DNA of 64,000 nucleotides from Candidatus Rhabdochlamydia sp. (GTDB lineage Bacteria; Chlamydiota; Chlamydiia; Chlamydiales; Rhabdochlamydiaceae): NCBI GenBank assembly GCA_051648645.1, contig JBOFFP010000005.1, positions 3,535 to 67,534 of the forward strand, read 5' to 3'. Shown piece by piece: positions 59,049 to 64,000 of this stretch (position 1 is its first letter; each line of letters starts with the position of its first letter). The notes under the pieces were generated by a model. It saw only the letters and a program-made list of their open reading frames with translations, ran no database searches and was not told where the DNA came from. The position numbers and the translations under genes were made by a program.

Positions 59049-59345
59049 ATGACCTATTCACTATCCAATTCTTTATCAAGCATTTCTTCAAGCATGCAAA
59101 CCATCGGGAACCATATCTCCGATAGATTAAAGCCAAAAAACCTCTTGAAAGTAGGTTGTGTAGTAGCACCTATATTTGCAGCTCTTCAAATGGCAAGCAA
59201 TGTTCCAGGAGCTGATGCAGGACTTATCTGCTTTACCGGGTGTATGGCAGTATGCTTAGGAACAGCAACTGGAACAGGCGGAGCATTTGTTCCTTTTTGT
59301 ACTGCAACATGCCTTAAGTGGTGTGCTAACCCAATAACCCCATAG
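59049..59345 (+). CDS. Small Cys-rich peptide precursor 4 (CX3CX3C-X14-CX3CX3C core)
   Basis: AAAGGAGAACCT-ATG; Ser-rich N-region, hydrophobic stretch, ADA-G site, core GLICFTGCMAVCLGTATGTGGAFVPFCTATCLKWCANPITP. Confidence 0.8.
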   Translation: MTYSLSNSLSSISSSMQTIGNHISDRLKPKNLLKVGCVVAPIFAALQMASNVPGADAGLICFTGCMAVCLGTATGTGGAFVPFCTATCLKWCANPITP

Positions 59346-59374
59346 TCTCTAGATTAGATGACTCTTGAGAGAGT

Positions 59375-59415
59375 ACAATCCACAAAACTTCAACTTAAAG
59401 CAAATTGTGGATTGT
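59375..59415. terminator. Inverted repeat after precursor 4
   Basis: ACAATCCACAA ... TTGTGGATTGT. Confidence 0.55.
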
Positions 59416-59460
59416 TCTTTTTTAGAACTCTTGTTTTACCAATTTTTATAAAAAAATTTT

Positions 59461-59898
59461 ATGAATCATGCTTTTACTTATGCTGAATTAACGATCAGGA
59501 AATGGTGGCTAAGAACCTTGCTTGCTGTCATTCTCTTTGAAGTTATCAGCGACATAGATGCACTAGGACGTGAATTAGTCCCATTTAATGCACTATATCT
59601 CATAGTCGGAACTGGATCTAGCTTATTATATAAATTGATGTTTTATTATTTTGGATATCTTAAAAGAGACACTAAATTTTTAACATTTGCTATTTTTTTA
59701 TTTGTTCTTGTAACTACAATAAGAGCCTTATCTTTTTTCTTTAAGATTTTATTTTTCCAAGAATTTTATTTTAGCTTACCAAAAAGTCATCCTCTGTTTT
59801 CCTTTCTTTTTTACTTAGCTTATTTTACTTTCTTTTATGCTACTGTAAAGTTAAGAAGGATAAACAAAATCAGAAAGCTAGCGATCCACAAGTCTTAA
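59461..59898 (+). CDS. Hypothetical multi-pass membrane protein
   Basis: 145 aa with 4 hydrophobic segments and a basic C-terminus. Confidence 0.6.
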   Translation: MNHAFTYAELTIRKWWLRTLLAVILFEVISDIDALGRELVPFNALYLIVGTGSSLLYKLMFYYFGYLKRDTKFLTFAIFLFVLVTTIRALSFFFKILFFQEFYFSLPKSHPLFSFLFYLAYFTFFYATVKLRRINKIRKLAIHKS

Positions 59899-59920
59899 TT
59901 GTGGATTGCGCTTTTTTTTT
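59881..59920 (+). terminator. Rho-independent terminator
   Basis: GCGATCCACAA-GTCTTAA-TTGTGGATTGC followed by a T9 run. Confidence 0.7.
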
Positions 59921-59982
59921 GTAACCAAGATAAAGCATTTCTTAGTTGAGCTGTTCTTTTCAAAAACCTTCTCTTAAAATCC

Positions 59983-60807
59983 CTAACGTGAATGACTCTT
60001 AGGAACCCCCATTCCAATGTTACGATGATAGGCTCCTTTAACACGTTGCTCTTGCATCTCTCGAGAACGTTTGATGATGTCTATTCCCTTTTCAACATGA
60101 TCTGCCATATAGCGTTGATAAACGGACTCTGAGCTTTTTTTTGTTTTTACACCAAAGTTAGCTAGCGGTAGATCTGAAATGAGCAAAAGAGCTCCTAGTG
60201 TAAACTTGCGTTTATAACTAGCTGAAAACAATGTAGCGCACTCCATTTCAATGGCCTGTGCTTTTGTAGCTTTGAGCAAGCTTTTGAATTCTTCATTAAA
60301 CTCCCAAAAACGCATGTTTGTCGTATAGGTAATCCCAATATGATATACCGCTTTTTGCAATTCCAATACATCGGTTACCGCTTTTTGCATCAAAAAATTA
60401 GATAAAGCAGGCACATCGGAAGGAAAGTAAAATGCCGAAGTACCCTCTCCTCGAATGCTAGCTACCGGAACTAAATAATCTCCTATTTGATAACGCCTTC
60501 TTAATCCACCGCACATTCCCAAAAGCAAGCTAGATTTAATCGGTAAAAAAGAACATAAATCAACCACTAATGCTGCAGCAGGAGAACCAATTTTAAAATC
60601 TAAAATACTGATGTCCTCTGCTGGACAATGAGCAACTTTAAACATCGATCCTTCGATAACTGGCACAGATCTGCTTTTTGCAAAATAATCTACATATCTA
60701 GGAAAATTTGTTAAGAGCAGATTGGATTGGAATTTTGTAACCTCACATCCTGAATAGCGCTCTAATGTCTCTATCGCAAATTGCTCTTCTGTAATTTCTT
60801 CTCTCAT
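59983..60807 (-). CDS. amn: AMP nucleosidase (chlamydial/Bacteroidetes type)
   Basis: ETLERYSG, LLLTNF, IGSPAAAL, LGMCGGL, IRGEGTS, AIEMECATLF, LLLISDLP. Confidence 0.92.
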   Translation of the reverse strand: MREEITEEQFAIETLERYSGCEVTKFQSNLLLTNFPRYVDYFAKSRSVPVIEGSMFKVAHCPAEDISILDFKIGSPAAALVVDLCSFLPIKSSLLLGMCGGLRRRYQIGDYLVPVASIRGEGTSAFYFPSDVPALSNFLMQKAVTDVLELQKAVYHIGITYTTNMRFWEFNEEFKSLLKATKAQAIEMECATLFSASYKRKFTLGALLLISDLPLANFGVKTKKSSESVYQRYMADHVEKGIDIIKRSREMQEQRVKGAYHRNIGMGVPKSHSR

Positions 60808-60954
60808 TAATTATCTCCTTACATTCCTCTTTCTATTAGACCATTGACAAAGAATCAATTTTAAAATTTAATAATGGTTTTAAATATTTTTTTAAGATGC
60901 TTTTTGTAAGCTCTTAGTGCGTCTTTCTCTATCTTATCATAAGGGACTAAAAAA

Positions 60955-62175
60955 GTGATTATTTCATCTATTCAAATAGCTGCAAAGTCTATCTATCATC
61001 CAATTAATCAACGGATCACACAAGTCGTCCAAACAGCCGATTGGAAAGAAAAAACCATGTTGACAGGCCTCGTTATTTCCGTATGTTGTGCTGTTATTAC
61101 TTTTTTTACCCAAACAGCTTTTATTTGTGGTGCATTCACTTTGCTCTCTGGAGTATGTAGTTTAGGAAGCATATACATACGCCATTATGAAAATCTTAAA
61201 AAAATGGGAGAGTACATAAAAACGCTACAAGAAGAAAACCAACACTTCCAGACTAATAACCAAGCTTTGCAAGAAGAAAATCAACGTTTCCAGACTAATA
61301 ATCAAGCCCTGCAAGCAGAAAACCAGCATTCCCAGGCTAATAACCAAGCTCTGCAAGAAGAAAATCAACGTTTCCAGGCTAGCAATCAAGCCCTACAAGC
61401 TAATAATCAAGGCTTGAAATCTCTACTTGCAGAACAAAAAGACTCTGTTACTCAAATAACATTTGAAAACGAAAAGCTAAAATCTGAAGTAACCAAGCTT
61501 ACCATTCACACAAATTATTTAAAGGATACCAGCCAAGAATTGGTCCATTCTGTAGAAGATTTGCGGGTAAATCTTGTAGTACTAGGACCTTCTGTTTTGG
61601 GATCCCAGGAAGTAGAGAAAAAACTCCGCACCTTTTCCATCACAATGGAAAAACAACAAGCAGTAGCTAAGAATTTAATGGAGTTTATTTCTAAATTATC
61701 AGTAGAACATTCCGATCAATTAGAAAACCAAAAAGAAATTATTAAGCAACTGCAATCACTGCAAAGGAACGATACAATCTTACAAAAAATCAAGGAGTTA
61801 GATCACATTCGGCAACAAATCTCTTCTGGCCATGATAAATTAGCAGATATCCTTACAAAGGCAGCTCAAACATCTACTCAATTATCCACTCTGCAAGAAC
61901 AATATAGCGCGGAAAACACTCGATTACAAGAGCTTCAAGTACAATTATCTACTCTGCGAGTGCAATACGACTTAGAGAACACTCGATTACAAGCAACTCG
62001 TCAAGAATTATCAGATGTCTCTTCTGCCCTGCAATCCGTTTTATCAGAATATAAGTCTCTTTTAGCTGAGCAAAAAGGTGATAAAGCGGCTTTAGCTTCT
62101 CAAATAGACCGTCTGCAAAAGTTATATGCAGAACTAAATTGGCATAATTCAGATAGAGATAATGGTTTACATTGA
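60955..62175 (+). CDS. Inc-like protein with bilobed hydrophobic domain, 14-aa tandem repeats and long coiled coil
   Basis: MLTGLVISVCCAVITFFTQTAFICGAFTLLSGVCSLGSIYI, then LQEENQ.FQ.NNQA repeats. GTG start. Confidence 0.75.
   Translation: MIISSIQIAAKSIYHPINQRITQVVQTADWKEKTMLTGLVISVCCAVITFFTQTAFICGAFTLLSGVCSLGSIYIRHYENLKKMGEYIKTLQEENQHFQTNNQALQEENQRFQTNNQALQAENQHSQANNQALQEENQRFQASNQALQANNQGLKSLLAEQKDSVTQITFENEKLKSEVTKLTIHTNYLKDTSQELVHSVEDLRVNLVVLGPSVLGSQEVEKKLRTFSITMEKQQAVAKNLMEFISKLSVEHSDQLENQKEIIKQLQSLQRNDTILQKIKELDHIRQQISSGHDKLADILTKAAQTSTQLSTLQEQYSAENTRLQELQVQLSTLRVQYDLENTRLQATRQELSDVSSALQSVLSEYKSLLAEQKGDKAALASQIDRLQKLYAELNWHNSDRDNGLH
61225..61410 (+). repeat. About 4.5 tandem 42-bp repeats
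   Basis: LQEENQHFQTNNQA / LQEENQRFQTNNQA / LQAENQHSQANNQA / LQEENQRFQASNQA / LQANNQG. Confidence 0.85.
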
Positions 62176-62259
62176 TTGCAATTTTCCTAAGAAATCACAA
62201 AGAAGCAACTCCTAGATGACATTGAATATTATAGACTTTCTTAAAGGCAACAAGAAGTC

Positions 62260-62604
62260 TTAAAAATGAACATTCATCAATATTTTAAGAAAAAGCTTTA
62301 AAACATCACCTCTAATTTCCAATAAAGGTTCATCTTGCTGAGGTAAGTCAATTTGAAGATTTCCCTTGGCATCTCTTTTTTCTTTAATTATCAGGCGAGG
62401 TGGATCAGAAGAAAGACCTTTTAATATGATACCAAGTACAGATCTGGGTAACTCTGAAGAATCAAGAACCGTAATGCAAGTTGCAAAATTATATTTCGTT
62501 TGAAATCCCTGTTTTTTTAAAGTTTGATAAATTAAGTTTCCCGTTTCAACACCAGAAGGACCAAAGATGGTTTGAGGGATACATAAAAAGTTATTATCAG
62601 TCAC
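62260..62604 (-). CDS. Hypothetical protein, tandem paralog of 62727-63071
   Basis: AGGAG RBS; NNFL.IP..I.G..G..TGNLIYQTL.K.G, ITVLDSS, RD..GNLQI.LP shared with the paralog. Confidence 0.7.
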   Translation of the reverse strand: MTDNNFLCIPQTIFGPSGVETGNLIYQTLKKQGFQTKYNFATCITVLDSSELPRSVLGIILKGLSSDPPRLIIKEKRDAKGNLQIDLPQQDEPLLEIRGDVLKLFLKILMNVHF

Positions 62605-62726
62605 AAAATCTCCTGTTTTTTTGAAGGAAATAATATAGCCAATTTTTTATTAAAATTAAATGTATTTTTTAGGTTTTATTATACAGCTATAATTAATAGA
62701 AGATAGATATGCTTTAGAAAAAGCGA

Positions 62727-63071
62727 TTAACTGATCCACACTTTATATAAAAGTTTCATAATATCAAATTCAGGTTCATTTTCTTCATCTCGAATTTCAT
62801 ATGTTAGCGGCAATTCAATTTGAAGATTTCCGTTGACATCTCTTTCTTCTTGAACCGTTGGATAACAGCTTGGATGAAAGGGCAGCTTTTTTAGTATATC
62901 AAGGTCAGATATAAGTAAATCTGAAGAATCAAGAACGGTAATAGAGGTGCCCAAATTGTATTCTGTTCGAAGCCCTCGCTTTTCTAAAGTTTGGTAGATT
63001 AGGTTTCCTGTTTTAATTCCAGGAAGACCGTAGATAATCGGAGGAATATTTAAGAAGTTATTAATGGTCAT
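62727..63071 (-). CDS. Hypothetical protein, tandem paralog of 62260-62604
   Basis: Start placed at MTINNFL (63071) by alignment with the paralog. Confidence 0.7.
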   Translation of the reverse strand: MTINNFLNIPPIIYGLPGIKTGNLIYQTLEKRGLRTEYNLGTSITVLDSSDLLISDLDILKKLPFHPSCYPTVQEERDVNGNLQIELPLTYEIRDEENEPEFDIMKLLYKVWIS

Positions 63072-63263
63072 AAGGCCTCGTTTTTTTAAAGAAAAAATAT
63101 ATGTAATTGCTATTAAAAATAAACGTGTTTTTTTCATTCTTCTTTGAAGCTATGTAAAAGAAGAAAATCCTAAAGCACAATTTGAAGTAAAGAATATCAA
63201 CTGCGAAAACTTGCATTTTAAGCCTTTATTATTCAAAATGGCTTTTTTAAAAGAGGATAATGT

Positions 63264-63827
63264 ATGGCCCAATATAGCACAGGTGATCTAAGAGGTGGTT
63301 TTAAAGTAGAAATTGAAAAAGAGCCATATACCGTTGTCAGTAATGAGTTTGTTAAGCCAGGAAAAGGACAACCGTTCAATCGGATTAAACTCAAGCATCT
63401 AATGACAGGACGCGTTATAGAAAAAACATTTAAATCGGGTGAAAAAGTAGCAGCGGCCGACGTAGAAGAAATGAAGATGCGCATGTTGTACAAAGAATCC
63501 GATGGTGTTGTTTTTATGGATGACCAGTCTTATGAACAATTTACGGTCCCTCTTTCTATATTAGAAGATAAACAGCAGTGGTTAATGGAAGAGGTCCTTT
63601 ATGATGTGATCTTCTATAAAGGACAGCCAATTGATGTCGCTCCACCTACTTTTATGGAAATGCGTATTACTGAAACATCTCCTGGAGCAAGGGGTGATAC
63701 TTCTGGACGCGTTTTAAAACCAGCTGTTACAGAAAGTGGCGCTAAAGTACAGATTCCTATCTTTATTGAAGAAGGAGAAAAGATTAAAGTAGATACACGC
63801 ACAGGCGAATACGTCGCTCGTGTTTAA
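63264..63827 (+). CDS. efp: Elongation factor P
   Basis: FVKPGKGQPF, PGARGDTS, KPAVTESG, PIFIEEGE.IKVDTRTGEYV.RV. Confidence 0.97.
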   Translation: MAQYSTGDLRGGFKVEIEKEPYTVVSNEFVKPGKGQPFNRIKLKHLMTGRVIEKTFKSGEKVAAADVEEMKMRMLYKESDGVVFMDDQSYEQFTVPLSILEDKQQWLMEEVLYDVIFYKGQPIDVAPPTFMEMRITETSPGARGDTSGRVLKPAVTESGAKVQIPIFIEEGEKIKVDTRTGEYVARV

Positions 63828-64000
63828 AAAAGATCTCTCTTTATTGCATAGCAGAGCTGCGCTATTAGCTAAAATACGTAGCTTCTTTTCTCAAAGAGCT
63901 GTCTTGGAAGTCGATTGTCCCGCATTATCATGGACAGCTCCCATAGATCAACATATTGATGTGATGAAAGTTTGCGTAGCTAATGCAACAGGCTATTTAC
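63820..64000 (+). CDS. epmA: EF-P beta-lysyl ligase EpmA/GenX, 5' part running off the right edge
   Basis: Manual translation from GTG 63820: VFKKDLSLLHSRAALLAKIRSFFSQRAVLEVDCPALS...ID...GYL, matching the EpmA N-terminus (RA....IR.FF..R.VLEV.TP). Confidence 0.85.
   Translation, partial: MFKKDLSLLHSRAALLAKIRSFFSQRAVLEVDCPALSWTAPIDQHIDVMKVCVANATGYL

Noticed and set aside
59375-59910. DnaA boxes (ATCCACA-like sequences)
   Set aside because: Two mismatches to TTATCCACA, arranged as terminator stems; no origin-like context.
2719-63802. Many 60-150 aa ORFs overlapping housekeeping genes (for example 8107, 9493, 29040, 33907, 45195, 63614)
   Set aside because: Alternate-frame or antisense shadows of well-supported genes with no independent evidence.

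Overview
AT-rich window from a chlamydial (PVC superphylum) chromosome. The gene content looks like an environmental or arthropod-associated lineage such as Rhabdochlamydia or Simkania, but that placement is inference. The backbone follows blocks I recall from Chlamydia trachomatis: gcvH/lipoate ligase/clpC/mnmA/ptsN-ptsN/dut/accD/sod, rnc/radA/hemC, dapL, and hemY/hemE/tkt/alaS/mfd/amn/efp. Accessory islands sit between these blocks: (i) 9.9-13.6 kb, a non-canonical Fic protein and a frameshifted U-box protein; (ii) 15.4-27 kb, a solute symporter, an F-box plus 13-ankyrin protein between duplicated membrane-protein genes, an OMF-EmrA-EmrB pump and an amino acid permease; (iii) 37.3-40.5 kb, Inc-like and proline-rich effector candidates; (iv) 47.3-52.9 kb, three tandem small precursor genes with a conserved leader and hypervariable Cys-rich cores, an M23 peptidase, a toxin-antitoxin pair and an EEP phosphoesterase; (v) 59-63.1 kb, a fourth Cys-rich precursor, a repeat-containing Inc-like protein and a paralog pair. 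The Cys-rich precursor family is the most striking unexplained system. Other oddities are a BioF-like protein lacking PLP residues, hemF inverted where hemN is expected, an E. coli-like metK and a short HemC. I saw no rRNA, tRNA, CRISPR array or intact transposase by eye. All family assignments are motif recognition from memory; no searches were run.
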